DNA of 64,000 bases from Camelus ferus (Eukaryota): NCBI RefSeq assembly GCF_009834535.1, contig NC_045697.1, forward strand, positions 9,674,001 to 9,738,000, read 5' to 3'. The position numbers and the translations under genes are program-made. Positions 1 to 13,779 of the stretch are shown piece by piece; position 1 is the first letter of the stretch; each line of letters opens with the position of its first letter. A model generated the notes under the pieces. It saw only the letters and a list, made by a program, of their open reading frames with translations, was not told the DNA's origin and did no database searches.

Positions 1-1294
1 TTTTACTGACAGTAATATGCGTCTGTTAGTCCCAAATTCCTTTTTAAAAAAAAGTATCCCTCTCAGGCTTGTCAGGGAGGTTCAGTTGAGTTCATTCTTG
101 TGCAGGTCTTTACACCGCGTGTCTGCACAGACGGAGTCCTCGGTGAGCACCGGCTATTGTGCTGGTGATGGAGATGCACTGGGTGACAAAGAAGAAAGGA
201 GAAAAGGCACCTACGTGATTCAGCCCAGGGGTGGGGGGTTGTAAGCAGTGAAGGCTTCCAAGGGAAGCAATATCCAAACTGAGGCCCAAAGGCTAAGCCG
301 GAGGCAGAATGGTGGAGGGTGGGGGTGAGAAGTCTCCCGGGCAGTGGGAATCGGATGTGTGACGTCCCTCAGACAAGGGCAAGTGGGAGTTTGGGGGGAA
401 CCAAGAAATAGGCTGATAGCTGAGGCTGGGAGAGATGAGCCCAAGTCTGGTCCTGAAAGCCGTCTAAGCCACCCTGTCCCACTCTGGACCTGGAGATGCA
501 TAACCCATCGCACAGTGTATCTGTTTAGCGACGTGAAAAGTACTGGGGGGAATTCCATCCTTGCTGTTGGGGCCACGTCAGCCTTGGGGGTTGGAGTTTG
601 GTCAAGCAGGATTTTTTGCCAGAAGCTGCCAGGGACAGAGGAATTCGGGTGAGTGCTGACTGCATGCAGTCAGGCTCAGCCAGAGAAGCCAAGGGCTATT
701 GCAAAAATCAAGAGAGCTGGAGCAGCTGTAGCTGAAAACAAAGCCAAGAGGACCAGAGGGCAGCCAAGCAGACATTGGAAGAAAGGAGAGAGAGAGATCG
801 GGGTGGAGAAGAAGTAACAGGGTTCAAGACAAATGAGCAAAGAGGACCGGAACGCCAGCAGCCCGTATGTACAGGCCTGATCACGTGCATGCGGGCGGAC
901 CAGCCTGGCTGGATGGCCAAGGGTCTGGATGGATGCCAGGCACCCTTCCACACTAACTAGGCTGAGAAATGAGGAGCAGTTGGGCAAGGTGAGCACAGGG
1001 GAGATCTCTGCATAGACTCATGTCTGCTCTCAAAATGTTGCCCTCTCTCTCCTGGGTTAGGGTGGGGGCGTTCATGGGAAGACTTCACCATTATCACCCT
1101 AGGGTGTCTAGGAGGAAAGTCTTAGGAGGAACATAGCTTTCAACAGCCTAGACAGAAGGTCTGCAATCACTGCTGCACTTCTGTCTCCTGTACTTGTAAG
1201 TAGATAAAATATGGGGTGACCAGGTTATTTTTAATGAGGATCACACGCAGGCAAAGTACTTTAAACAGTGCTTGAAAGGGAGTAAGTACTTCAT

Positions 1295-1450
1295 CTGACT
1301 AATTCATTTGGTTTCACTTAACTTATTCATTTAAGAAAATGTATCTAAGCCTATATTCTAGGCTCCATGCTGCCTGTTCAGAACATCAAGAAGAGGAAGG
1401 TGTGGTCCCTGCCCTCAAAGAGCTTATACTTTAATGAGTAAGCCAGGCAA
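1295..1450 (-). mobile_element. L2 LINE 3'-end fragment (preceded by a short MIR tail)
   Basis: ttattcatttaagaaaatgtatctaagcc...gtggtccctgccctcaaagagctt resembles the antisense L2 3' terminus. Confidence 0.6.
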
Positions 1451-3122
1451 GGGAGGGATGAGTACAGGGCACGGTTCTAGTGGCGGCTTCAGAGAGAAGC
1501 CAACATTGAAGGGGTGGCCGGATGAAAAGAAGTTGAGGACAGAAATACAGATGGCAAATGCAGACTGATATGTCCTGATCACTCACACTTCTAACAACAG
1601 CCCAGGGAGGGAAGAGGAACAAACACCGACAAAAACAAGAACTGGGAAGATTAAAGTGATGACAGTGGCCTGAGAAGGGGCAGGCCTGCCAGATCACCAA
1701 CCATCAGCCGCCTGGTGGAGAAGGCACTGCTCTTCATTATTACAGAGAAAAAGATGCTGATACAGCGCTTTGGGGCTCAGAATACATATGTATTTTGGAG
1801 AGTTACCAACAAGTTGTGACCAAGTCTCCTTTTCTTCCTGATGCTTAGGCTTCTGGGTTTTTATTGTTCCCAACTGATTTATAATGCAATAAAAATAAAT
1901 AGGGAAGGCAATGGATTTGTCCTACGTAGAAAAGAAGGCATCAGCGAGTTTCAAATACATTCAGGGCTTTTATTTCTACTTGAAGTCTCATCGTTTTGAA
2001 AGGTAAATATACTAAGGGTTGGGACAACTATAATTCTTGGTGATTCCATCATCCAAACATTTAAAACAAGAAAAAAAGTCTTTGCCTACCAAAGTAAAGT
2101 GAGGATGCAGGGCGTTACAAGAATAATTCAAGGCTCACTGATAACCATTTTTCTTCATTTTCTGCCAGTTTTTGGTAACTGTGGCAGTTTGATCCATCAC
2201 ATCTTGACAGACGGATCCAACTTTCCATCTGCTCCCAGGAAGACATTTGAGTACAAATGTGTAAGTGTTTCTTCTGACTGGAATACACCAGCATAGTGTT
2301 AGGTCAAACTCTCCATTTTTAATCTGATTTTAAAACTATACATACTTTTGGTAGAAAAATGTGAAAGTATACAAAAACTTCAAGAAGAAAAACATATCCC
2401 AGAATTCCAATTCCTTGCAGCAACCACAGTTAACTTCGGAGTATTTCCTCTCTGGTATTTTGTTTTGATGCATATTTTGTTGTTTGTCTATTTGTTTTAA
2501 ATAGTTAAGTCTACGATATTTATCCACATTCATGTTCAACTTTTTCACTTTGTGTAAGGCTGTAAGTATCTTCGATGACATTATTACAAAACATTGTCCC
2601 CACGTGTCTGATGACTGCACTACATCATTTTCTCACAAAGGATAACTCAGGTATTTTTTTGTTTGTTTTGTCTTGTTTTTTTGTTTTTTCCTGAACCAAG
2701 TAGAAATGGAAAAGGAAAGGAAAATGATGCTTTACGCTTTACTTAGAAGAACTAGGCTTTTCTAGGGTGAAGACAACTTGAAGCCTTGAAAATATTGACT
2801 GCCCTCCAGCCATGGCCCAGGCTAGACTGGAAGAAGCAGTAGGACCAGCCCTGGGAGTAGTCACATGGGAGGAGAAACCATAGTTTAAAAAAACAAGGCA
2901 AAACGTTCAGGTCTGTGGTTCCTGGAGACTGACATCAGATCCTCTGAGAGCACTTCCCACTGCTCCCCATCCTTGTCCAGCCTGACAGGTGAGACGTGTT
3001 TCCTCTGTGGCTCCTGTAGGGACACGTCAGGCAGCACCCCAACCTCACCACTCCCCATGCACTGAAAACCAAGAGGGTCCTACTCCTAAAACCTAGCCAA
3101 GTCTCTCTGTGATTGACCAACA

Positions 3123-3315
3123 TAGGACTTGGCAACTATTTTCTCTAAAGGACTAGAGAGTAAATATTTTAGAATTTGTGGGCCACTTACTGTCCCTGTC
3201 ACATATTTGTCTTCTTTTTTTTATTTGTTTGTTTAATGATCATTTTAAAATGAAAAAAAAGTCTTAGCTTAGGCTGTGCAAAAATAAGCCATAGACCAGA
3301 GTGTGTGGACCCCTC
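3123..3315 (-). mobile_element. MER58-family hAT-Charlie MITE
   Basis: ggacttggcaactattttctctaaagggactagagagtaaatattttag...gggcca resembles the MER58 end in reverse orientation; ends in gacccct TIR remnant. Confidence 0.75.
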
Positions 3316-3796
3316 CACAGAGACTTCTTTCTTTTCTTACTAAACAATAAAATAAAATAAACAGAGATCTTGAGAATTGTTCCAAAATTCCTGAGAAATA
3401 TGACATCAAGCCTTGCCCAGTTTTAATTGTTATGCTGAGAAATAGTACAGGCAGTTAAATATTCTATGATCACACCTCCAGTTCCCACAGGAACAAAAAA
3501 GTGCCCAAGAGTTCTCGGACCACAGGCATCACACATTCTTTGTATCTTTGGGAACTCACAACCGTCATAAGGTCTAAGGGGATGCCTTTTCCAGAATCAG
3601 GAAGGGCTAACTATTGCATTCAACAAATGGTTTGTAACACTGATGAGCTATAAGAAAAAAATTCTGAGAAGTTACGTAGCTTCAGCTACTGTCATCTTTA
3701 CCAAAACACAAACCATGATCCTCCACACACTCCCTTGACTTGGAGAACTTTTGAATTGAGTTGAATTGAGAATTTTACCCAAACAGTGAATGAGAA

Positions 3797-4352
3797 TGAA
3801 AGACTGAATATACAAATGGGCAATGGCCAGATTATATATAAAAACAGAACTCTGACCCCAAACCTGCAGCAACCAATCCAGGAAACCAAATGCTTATTTA
3901 CAGTAATCAGCCCAGGAAGCCAGCCTGCTGTAAGTCAGACTTGCAGGCAGTCAGACTGCTGTCTCTAGTAACAATCCAGGAAGCCAAATAATAACCCCTA
4001 TCACAATCAACCCCAAATGGCCAGGAATTGATTAATAACTGACAGCTTCCCTAATTTTTGTTCCTACTTCTAAATTAGGACCAACCAGATGAAATCAAAT
4101 TGTGCACCCCAGCCAGTCACAAAGGATGCCCTGCTTCCAGGCTTCCTGCCTGCAGTTTCTCCATGCTAATGCCTTCGAATCGGGATATACCTGTAGTTTT
4201 CCCTGTTCCCCACTATAAAGCTTTCCTAGTCCTCTCCCTGACTTTGACTCACTGCCAAAACAAGTGACAGTGACTGACTCCCTTACTCTAGCAAGCTCTG
4301 CATCGATAGCCTTTGCTTTTCTCATTTGGTTAGACTTAACTTATTTTCCACA
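3797..4352 (+). mobile_element. ERV1-class solo LTR (MER89/MER110-like)
   Basis: TG...CA termini (tgaaagactg...ttattttccaca), repeated ccaggaa(a/g)cca motifs, TATA-like ctataaagct, 3' block tgactcccttactctagcaagctctg typical of this LTR group. Confidence 0.75.
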
Positions 4353-4859
4353 AGGTTATACCCCTCCTTCTGTTTTGTATACTTGTATCATAAAACTTCA
4401 CCCACTTTAATGCCCTAATTCATGATTACAGAGAATTTAAAGGTCGCAAATAAGGCAAGGGCTATTTTATTTGAGTTGCTAAAGTTACAAACCAGGAAAG
4501 TAAGCTACAGAGATCATTCCCACCATGACATGACACTGCCTGCCTGAAGGCGGGGTCCCTTCACACCAGGCAGGGCTAACGTGCGCTCTGTGTGAAGTAG
4601 AACGTAAAACCCAATGAATCGATTGAGGAATATTTGTTTTGCAAAGTACCTACTATGTTTCTGGTGCTACAGTGGATATAAAGACACATATACAATATAA
4701 TCAAGAACTTTGAAGACTCATTGAAGAGGTTCATTCACAAAAAATTAAGAAATTTTATAAGATCACCAAAAATGAGCAAATTACATAAGATGTCACTTCC
4801 AGAGTGTATACCAGAGTGTTAATAACTGCTAAACGAAAAAAGAATCTTCTATGTCAACA

Positions 4860-6588
4860 GCATTCAAAAATTAAAATTCCAGCAAGTTATTTTGTGGTTA
4901 TCAATAGATTCTAAAGTTTATATGGAGAGGGAAAAGACTCAGAATAATCAACACAATATTGGAGGAGAAGAACAAAGTTGGAGGACTGACACTATCCAAC
5001 TTTAATGCCTACCATCAAACTACAATAATCAAGACAGCATGATATTGTTGAAAGAGCAGACAAATAGATCGATGGGACAGAACAGAGAGCCCTGAAATAG
5101 ACCCCATAAATACAGTCAACTGATCTTTAGCAAAAGAACAAATTCAAAACAATGGAGCAAAGATAGTCTTCAACAAATGATGCTAGAACAATTAGACTTC
5201 ACATGCAAAAAATGAATCTAAACACAGATCTTAATTAACTCAAAGTGGATCATAAATCTCAATGTAAAACCCAAAACTATGAAACTCCTAGAAGAGAATG
5301 TAGGAGAAATCCTGGATGACTTTGGGTAAGGTGACGACGTTTTAGATGCAACAACAAAGGAACGATCCATGAGAGAAATAAGTCATAAGCTGGACCTCAT
5401 TATAATTAAAAACTTCTGCTCTGAAAAAGATAAAATCAAAAGAATGATACGACAAGCCACAGACTGGGAGAAAATACTCGCGAAATACACATCTGATAAA
5501 GGACCATTACTCAATATAAACAAAGAATGCTTAAAACTCAACAATAAGAAAACAAACAGATTGAAAATGGGCCAAAGACCTTAACAGACACTTTACCAAA
5601 AAAAGATAAATAGATAGCAAATAAGCATATGAAAAGATGCTTCACATTAGATATTATCAAGGAAATGCAAATCAAAACAACATGATATCACTACATACCT
5701 GTTTGAATGGCCCCAATCCAGAACACTGACAAATCAAATGCTGGTGAGGATGTGGAGCAACAGAAACTCTTACTCACTGCTGGTGAAAATGCAAAATTGT
5801 ACAGCTACTTTGTAAGACAGCTCGGCAGTTTCTTACAAAACTAAACACACTCTTACCACACAATCCAGCAATAACACTCCTTGGTATTTACCTAAAGGAG
5901 TTGAAAACAATGTCTACACAAAAATTCACACACAGATTTTTATAGCACCTTTATTCATAATTGCTAAAACGTGGAAACAATCAAGATGTCCAACACAGAT
6001 AAGGAACTGGTATATCCAGGCAGTGGAATGTTTCTCAGCACTACAAAGAAATGAGCTCTCAAGCCATGAAAAGGCATGGAGGAAACTTAAATGTATATTA
6101 CTAAGGGAAAGAAGCCAATCCAAAAAGTCTGTATACTGTATGATTCCAACCATATGACATTCTGGAAAAAGCAAAACTATGGAGAGGGTAAAAATATCAG
6201 TGGTTCTCTGGGATTGCAGGGGGCATTGATGAGAGGGATGACTAGGCAGAGGATTTTTAGTATGGTAAAAATATTCCTGTATGATACTATAATGATGGAT
6301 ACATGTCATTATACATTTATCTAAACCCATGGAATGTACAACACCTGGAGTGAAGCCAAAGGTAAACTATGGACTTTGGATGATTAAGATGTGTCACTGT
6401 AGGTTCATCAGTTGTAACAAATGTACCACTCTGGTGGAGAAGATGTTAATAATGGGGAAGGTTACACATGTGTGGGAGCAGGGGGTATATGAGAATTTTC
6501 TGTACCTTCCTCATAATTTTGCTGTGCACCTAAAAGTGCTCCCCCAAAAAAAAGTCTTAAAAACTTTTAATTAAACTTAAAAAAAAAA
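4860..6588 (+). mobile_element. 5'-truncated LINE-1, L1MC1-like (ORF2 3' part plus 3'UTR)
   Basis: ORF 5369-5584 (KLDLIIIKNFCSEKD...RQATDWEKI) is L1 ORF2-like; 3'UTR gtaaactatggactttgg...ggttcatcagttgtaacaaatgtaccactctggtgg; A-rich tail. Confidence 0.9.
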
Positions 6589-6879
6589 TTCAGAAGATGC
6601 AGTGTGAAAACAAATTTAACAAGGTTTTTATTACCAGACTCTGGTAGCATTTAATTTAAAAAGAGAAAGGAATTATAAGTATATTTCCAAAACATAGTTG
6701 ATCCTAGAAGTTGTTCTGAACAGAGTATTTTGGCTAAAAGATACAGGGAATAGATCCTGGGAAATGCTATTATAAGAGATTGTCTAAAATGTTTCTGACA
6801 TCTTGAAGATTGAAGATCGTTGAAAGGAAAGTCACTTATGCAAAGGAAAATGCCATTCATTTTCTTAGTAACATCTAAG

Positions 6880-7040
6880 AATTTATTAAGGGCTAACTAT
6901 GTTCCAGGCATTGTGCTAAGTTATTTACATATATTCTCTCACTTAAATTTTACAATATCCCCATGAGTTGGGTACTATTATTACATGTTTCACCAATGAG
7001 AAGAGAGGGGAACTGAGAAGTTAAGTAACTTCCCCAAGCA
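6880..7040 (-). mobile_element. MIR SINE
   Basis: actatgttccaggcattgtgctaag...gaactgagaagttaagtaacttcccca antisense MIR core. Confidence 0.75.
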
Positions 7041-7243
7041 TTGCCTTCCCCAGAAAGAGCTCACTAACAGCTAAGCTCCAGAGGTGCCACTCCCCTTTCA
7101 TGCTGTGACCCAAGGAAGGACCGAGGGCCATTTCACCTCTGTGTGTACACCTGAGGCAGGAAGGATTCAAACATTTCTCCTAAAAGACTTTACAAAGGAA
7201 AGCTAACACCAGCAAAATATAGATTCCAAATACCTTGGCTTGT

Positions 7244-7490
7244 TTAAGCAGCTAAGGGCATGGTTTTGGAGGTCTGAATCATAGGATTCAAATCCCAGTA
7301 TACTAGATGTGTGACCTTGGAAAAGTCACAGGCTTTCTTTAAGCCTCAACTTTCTTATCTGTAAAATCAGAATAATAGTAGAACCTACTGATCTTTTAGA
7401 GTTGCTATGAAAGCTGATGAGATCACTCACTGACTAGAATGCCTGAATGTAGTAAGGGTTAAATCAGCATGAGCCATCATCACTATTAGC
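7244..7490 (+). mobile_element. MIR SINE
   Basis: ggattcaaatcccag...tgtgtgaccttggaaaagtca...ctcaactttcttatctgtaaaat MIR core. Confidence 0.8.
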
Positions 7491-7864
7491 ATTCATCTGT
7501 CCCCAAGTGGCAGAACCTGTTCTTAACCCCCACTACTTGAAAATGACTTCATCAGTACCTGTATGCCTCAAGCGCAGGTCAAGAATGGAAGACAAGAGCA
7601 AACTCATTGTCCATGTAAGCCATGCACCCCCTTTTTAGTTCCTGACTAAGGGCCCACCCAGCCCAGGTGGTTGACATTGGGAATATCAAAATATTCCCTA
7701 CCATCAGGCTGTGTTTACCCTTGACCACATAGCCCACATGTGTCAAGATGCTTTCATACTGGCCACACAGAGAAGAAATGCATAGACTTGGTACAAGGTA
7801 GAGAAATGGTTGGTTTCCTCTTTAAATAAAAATCAGTTAGGTCCTCAAAGAGCTACCAGTCAGT

Positions 7865-9790
7865 ACAGTTGACAGGATACTATACACAGAAAATCCTAAA
7901 GGTGCCACCAGGAAACTACTAGAGCTTATCAATGAATTTGGTAAAGTTACAGGATACAAAATTAATATACATAAATCTCTTGCATTTCTATACACAAAAA
8001 TGAAGCATCAAAAAGAGAAATTAAGGAGACAATCACTCAAAAAGAATAAAATACCTAGGAATAAACCTGCCTAAGGAGATAAAAGACTTGTACTCAGAAA
8101 ACTATAAGACACTGATGAAAGAAACTAAAGACAACACAAACAGATGGAAAGACATACTGTGTTCTGAAACTGGAAGACTCAATATTGTTATAATGACCAT
8201 ATTAGCCAAGGCAATCTACAGATTCAGTGTAATTCTGATCAAAACATCAATGGCATTTTTCACAGAACTAAAATAAATAATTTTAAAATTCGTATGGAAT
8301 CACAAAAGATCCCAAATAGCCAAAATAATCTTGAGAAAGAAGAATAGAGCTAAAGGAATCACGCTTCCTGACTTCAGACTATACTATCAAGCTACAGTTA
8401 TCAAAATCATATAGTACTGGCACAAAAACAGACCCACAGATCAATGGAATAGGATAGAGAGTCCGTAAATAAACCCAGGCACTTACTGTCAATTAATCTA
8501 TGAAAAAGGAGGCAACAATACACAGTAGAGAAAATATAGTCTCTTCAATAAGTGGTGCTGAGAAAACTGGACAGCTACATGTAAAAGAATGAAATGAGAA
8601 CATTCTCTAACATCATATGCAAAGATAAAGTCAAAATGGATTAGACACCTAAATGTAAGACTGGATATTATAAAACTCCTAGAGGAAAACATATGTAGAG
8701 CACTCTTTGACATGAATTACAGCAATGTTGTTTTGGATCTGTCCCCTAAAGTAAAGGAAATAAAAGCAAAAATAAACAACTGGGACCTAGTTAAACTTAA
8801 AAGCTTTTGCACAACAAAGGAAAACATTGACAAAATGAAAAGACGACCTACTGAATGGAAGAAAATATTTGCAAATGATATGACTGATAAGGGACTAATA
8901 TTGAACATATATAAACAGCCGATACAACCGAAAAAAAAAAAAAGAATCAAACAACCCAATGAAAAAGAACTGAATAGACATTTTTCCAAAGAGGAATGCA
9001 GATGGCCAACATGAAAAGATGCTCAACATCACTAATCATCAGGGAAACGCAAATCAAAACCGCATGAGGTATCACCTTATAGCTGTCAGAATGGTTATCA
9101 TCAAAAAAAAAAAAAAACACACATTACAAATGTTGGCAAGGATGTGGAGAAAAGGGAACACTTGCACACTGTTGCTGGGAATGTAAATTGGTGCAGCACT
9201 ATAGGAAATAGTATGGAGGTTTTTCAAAAAACTAAAAACAGAACTACCATATGACCCAGCAACTCCACTCCTGGGTATAGATCTAAAAACCTGAAATCAC
9301 TAGTTTGAAAAGATACATGCACCCTAATATCAGCATTATTTATAATTGCCAAGACATGGAAACAACCTAAGTGCCCATCAACAGATAAACGGATAAAGAA
9401 GACATAAAAAAAGAATGAAACTGTGCCATTCGCAGCAGCGTGGATGGACTTGGAGGGTGTTACGCTAAGTGAAATAAGTCAGACAGAGAAAGACAAATAC
9501 TGTATGATATCACTTATATGTGGAATCTAAAAAATACAACAAACTAGTGAATATAACAAAAAAGAAGCAGACTCTCAGATATAGGGAACAAACTACTGAT
9601 CACCACTGGGGGGAGGAGGGACAGTATAGGGGTAGGAGAATGGGAGGTACAAACTATTGGCTGTAATAGGCTACAAGGATGTATTGTACATTATGGCCAA
9701 TATTTTGTAATAATTGTAAATGGAGTGTAACCTTTAAAAATTGTGTGTGTATATATATATTTTAAATCCAAATGATTAAATAAATAAATT
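7865..9790 (+). mobile_element. Younger 5'-truncated LINE-1 (cetartiodactyl-type): degenerate ORF2 from the RT region to the CCHC knuckle, plus 3'UTR
   Basis: Starts at the degenerate FADDMILYIENPK region; ORFs 8088-8276 (ENYKTLMKE...RWKDI) and 8712-9014 (KAKINNWDLVKLKSFCT) are ORF2; CWQGCGEKGTLAHC knuckle at about 9131-9172; frameshifts and stops show it is dead. Confidence 0.93.
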
Positions 9791-10287
9791 TACCCTTACC
9801 GTATAAAAAGTACTGCAAGTTCTCCCTGGAATGCTAGGAGTTTAATCTGCTACCTGGTAGTTGTAAGAGGGCAAATGAAGCTGTCCCTCTGGGAGCACTG
9901 CCACATGACTGGTGTCTTTCCGGCATGCTCCAGGCATGAAAGCTCTGTTTCTGCTTCTTTTATTTTACAACTGAAGGAAAAGTGACCAAGGAGGATGTTT
10001 CACTGAAGTCATATCCAAAAAGGAAATCCACTGGCCAGTTTTGAGAGATGTCTAACAGATGTCCAAAAAACCCCTAAAATGTTCGAGCTATTATTGAAGG
10101 CCTGGAATTCTAGCTCAGTTAGTTCTCTTGAGAGACTTTCAAAGCAGGGTAGCATCTCATTTTATGGAACTGAGTTTGGTTCTGTGATGGCAGGGTGTCT
10201 ATGGAAGGCCAAAATGCTAATCAAATAATTTTTATCTTTTTAGGGGTTGCTGGCATTTCTTTGCATATACTATTTGCTAGACAAGAT

Positions 10288-10578
10288 TTTTCATTTATGC
10301 AATAAATATTTGTTGAAGAGCAATTATGTGCTAGACAACAAAACAGAACAAATGTTCAGGTCTCATGGAGCCCATATTTTCAGTTAGGAAGATGGACAAT
10401 AACCAAAATAAGTAATCTGTAAGTTATAAGACGATAAAGGTGAGAGAAGAATAAGCTATGGGAGGGAGATAATGAGTGCCGGGTGCAGGGAAGAAGGGAG
10501 GTGCAGTTTCAAATAATGATCGTTAAAGTCCTCACTGAGGAGGTGACATCTGGCAAAGATTTGACTGAGAAGGTAAGG
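10288..10578 (-). mobile_element. L2 LINE 3' fragment
   Basis: ttcatttatgcaataaatatt...gtctcatggagc...ctcactgaggaggtgacatctggcaaagat antisense L2. Confidence 0.7.
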
Positions 10579-10599
10579 ATGCTTATTACCTTATAACCA

Positions 10600-10790
10600 T
10601 TATCACATTCAATCCATTCTACAACTAATATTATGATTATCCCCATTGTAGACATGAAGAAAGTAACGCAGAGAGGTTAAACATCTCCCTCAAGGTCACA
10701 GATCTTAAAGCAGTGGGCAAAGCCAGCATCTGAGCCCTGGCAAACTGGGGTTATTTTAAGGCCAGAGCTCTTACCACCACTACGCAACAG
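10600..10790 (-). mobile_element. MIR SINE
   Basis: ccccattgtagacatgaagaaagtaacgcagagaggttaa...caaggtcacag. Confidence 0.75.
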
Positions 10791-10814
10791 TGCTTCCTGG
10801 AGATCAGAAGGTTG

Positions 10815-11912
10815 GCCCTCTTATGTTTAAGCTACTGTTTCTCAGCTCCAAAGAGACCCTTCTATCTTCTCCCTTTGGGGGTGTGGGGGTTGGAATTCTG
10901 TAAACCACAATCTTCCTTTGCCAGATGACTCTGCTTACAGATTCTGCCAAACAGAAGATCTAGCGAAAAGCTAGATGCCCCCGAAAGAAGCAGGGAACTG
11001 GTGTTTCATCCAAGCAACAGCACTTCACCATAGCAGCCACCGGCCTTAGTTACACTCACCAGCCCTACTCCATGGTTCCAAAAGCAGTGGTGCGAAGAAA
11101 AGGAACTCCCCAGGAAAAAAAAAAAAAAGTCTTGTTTTGTAGCATTTGTCTATTTCTGTTGTATAAATACTCCATCATGGGTGACCTCGAACTACTGAAG
11201 TTTCCACCATTGGCTCAAAAAATTCCTGGAAATTTAACAGTTGGTTCTCCTGAGCCCAGGCTAGCCAACTCAGCACGCCCCCGGCAGAACCAGACTCCCC
11301 GGATCCCCTTAGAGGTCCCAGAAGCACCTGGGCAGCACCCTTCTTCATTGTCTGAGTCCCAGCTCCTCAAGAGCATCTGTAACCTTCTAATTTCTAATCA
11401 CAGTGGCCCACCCTATCCCCATGTTCTGCATTCAAGGAGTCAATCAACGATAGCTGGAAAACATGCAGGAAAAAAAAAATACAGAAAGTTCCAAAAAACA
11501 AAACAATTTTATGTACCAGCAACTATTTACATAGGATTTACATTATATTTATAACTATTTACATAGCATTTACCTCAGATGAGGTATTACAGGTAATCTG
11601 GAGATGATTTAAAGTATGCAGGAGAATGCGTGTAGGTTATGTGCGAATATTACGCCATTTTATATTAGGGACTTGAGCATCCAGGATCTTGGTATCTCCA
11701 GCGGTCCTGGAACCGATCCTTATGAGTACCTGACTTTTGCCCTGTGCTCACAGAGCTTGTAGTGGTTGCTGCTTCCTACACTTACATCTCTGTTACCTCA
11801 GTGTTTCCATTTTGCTTTCTTAGCCCTCCAATGCCTGCTTTAACCAGTCCTCCACAGTGGATGCTGGTTGTTAAAATAATGTGATTTCTGTTTTCCTGTC
11901 TGGAACATGATG
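10815..11912 (-). mobile_element. ERVL solo LTR (LTR41/LTR33-like), split by a MER2-type insertion at about 11401-11732
   Basis: Reverse complement reads ...caggaaaacagaaatcac...gaaacactgaggtaacagagatg...aggaagcagcaaccac; the other part has ttgccagatgactctgc...ttctgccaa. Confidence 0.65.
11401..11732 (+). mobile_element. MER2/MER2B-like Tigger (TcMar) MITE
   Basis: gtaatctggagatgatttaaagtatgcaggag...gtaggttatgtgcgaatattacgccattttatattagggacttgagcatcc...ggtcctggaacc closely resembles MER2. Confidence 0.85.
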
Positions 11913-11994
11913 AATGTTCTGCCAGCTTCACACTTTCAAGTTTTGTTCGTTTTTTGTTTTTTTAACAAATTTCCTCTATCAGATTATGCCCTTT

Positions 11995-12205
11995 TGCCTT
12001 GATGCCTTTGCACTCAGTAGTCCTTCCGCCTAAGATCCCACCCCTTAGTTCCTCTGTCCCAGCGACTCCTTCCCATAACTCAATAGCAGTACATCTGCTG
12101 TGCTATTAATTTTCTTCCCTGCACTGCAAGCATCTTGAAAACAGGGACTCTGCCTTCTTGTCTTTGCTATGTCCCTGTACTCCCACAGTGCTGAGCACAA
12201 TTCCT
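11995..12205 (+). mobile_element. L2 3' fragment
   Basis: gcctttgcac...ctgcaagcatcttgaaaacagggac...cacagtgctgagcac. Confidence 0.6.
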
Positions 12206-12217
12206 AGAATGTCGTAG

Positions 12218-12642
12218 TATTAGAGAAACAGAACCAATAGGATGTAGGAGATACATGTATTATAAGGAACTGGCTTATACAGTTATAGAGGCTGGTGAGT
12301 CCCAAGATCTGCAGGGTGAGTTGGCAAGTTGGAGACCAGGAGAGTCTATGGCTCCAGTCCAAAGGCTCTGAGGCTCAAGATCCAGGAACAATGTTTCAGT
12401 TCAAGTTCAAAGGCAGGAAAAATTCTCTTTCATTTGGTAAAGGATCAGCCCTTTTGTTCTATTCAGGCCTTCAACTCATCAGACAAGGCCCACTCACATG
12501 AAGGATGCTTTACTCAGGCTACTGATTTAAATGCTAATCTCACCCCCAAAATACCATCACAGAAACACTGGGATTAATTTTTGATCAAACACCTGGGCAC
12601 TCCATGGCCCAGTAAAGTTGACACATAAAATTTACCATCCCA
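12218..12642 (-). mobile_element. MLT2B-like ERVL solo LTR
   Basis: agagaaacagaaccaataggatg...aaggaactggctta...ggcccagtaaagttgacacataaaatttaccatc. Confidence 0.85.
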
Positions 12643-12659
12643 ATAGTAAACACTCACTG

Positions 12660-12885
12660 TACGGTGGTTAGTTTAGGTCTGGTATGAAATGGGATGCTAC
12701 AACCAGCGTGACCTGGATTCAAACCTGAATCCACCCCTTTCTAGCTTGTGTGACTCAAGGCATGTGACTGTACTCTCTGACCTCTGCTTCCTCATTTGAA
12801 GGTTGGAATGGTCATGCCTGCCCCTCAGGGCTATTGTGAGAATTAATAGAGCTCATGATAAGTGCCTAACACATTTGCTAGACCA
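12660..12885 (+). mobile_element. MIR SINE
   Basis: cctggattcaaacc...tgtgactcaagg...tctctgacctctgcttcctcatt...attgtgagaattaa. Confidence 0.7.
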
Positions 12886-13644
12886 GAGAAAACAACAGAC
12901 ATGTGATGAGTGCACCCTCACCATGTGGAAGGGAACTGCGCTAAAATCCCCAGATGTGGGCTCATCACATGTCACCTTCTCTTGGGCTCCTGGTTGGACA
13001 TGCCATTACTCTTGACCAGGCTAAGAAGCCAGATGTCTGGGACCCTGAGCTGAAGGAAGTTATTCAGATTGATCTTTATTCTTTGGAGACCAGGAAACAC
13101 TGCAACCAAAAAAAGGAGAGATTCCTACAGGTGGGTGGGGTGGGGAAGGAACCTGGTCATTCAAGGTCTTAGGAAGCCACAGGCCTGAGAAACGGTATGC
13201 AGGCTGAAGCTACTGATCAAAAGAATCTAAGCTTTCTGCTAGGCTCTCACAAACAGCTCGACCTGGGTCAGAGGCTCTCAGTCCTGCTTTTGACCTAGTA
13301 AATGTCCTCAGGTTTCACAGAAATAAAATACACAGCTCTCTAGTTGCTGTTTTCTTGACAGTGAGGGAAGTGGCTGGGTTCCTGGCCCTTCCCCTCCAGC
13401 GGGGCGGGGTCAAGTTCATTTCCTCCTGCGGGGGTTTCTGCTCCTTCGCTTTAGAAGCAGACCCAGGCCCACCACAGCTCTGCAGCTCAGCTGTTTGGCC
13501 TTGTTGGGTAAAATTGTTTCATTTTCCAGATCCTCAGTTCTTTCTTTTGTAAAATAAGATAAATAATACATACTTCTCTAAGCTTTATTAACAACGGGGA
13601 TGTACTGAATTCCTAGGCCTAGCAATCACCTTAACAGCTCTAGG

Positions 13645-13772
13645 AAGGACAACTTCATGTCGTCCAAGGTCCTAACCTCACAAAGGCCATCCTGAGATTT
13701 TCAGTAACCTTTGAACAAGGTGCCAACATTTTCAGCTAGTACTAGGCCCTGAAAATATTGCAGACAACCTTG
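13645..13772 (+). mobile_element. MER45A-like hAT-Tip100 MITE (internally deleted)
   Basis: tttgaacaaggtgccaacattttca...taggccctgaaaatattgcagacaaccttg resembles the MER45A 3' end. Confidence 0.6.
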
Positions 13773-13779
13773 GTTCTAA

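Noticed and set aside
656..673. Perfect 18-bp palindrome CTGACTGCATGCAGTCAG
   Set aside because: About 0.25 such palindromes are expected by chance in 64 kb (64000/4^9), and nothing in the context supports it.
2951..2994. Acceptor and donor 8 nt apart (tccag|cctgacag|gtgaga)
   Set aside because: Not frame-preserving and no host gene evidence; probably chance.
5926..6330. 134-aa minus-strand ORF
   Set aside because: Antisense reading of the L1MC 3'UTR.
8088..9014. ORFs resembling reverse-transcriptase-associated protein
   Set aside because: Frameshifted, 5'-truncated L1 ORF2 remnants, not a functional gene.
11072..11554. 160-aa ORF
   Set aside because: Runs across an antisense LTR and into a MER2 element; no recognisable domain.
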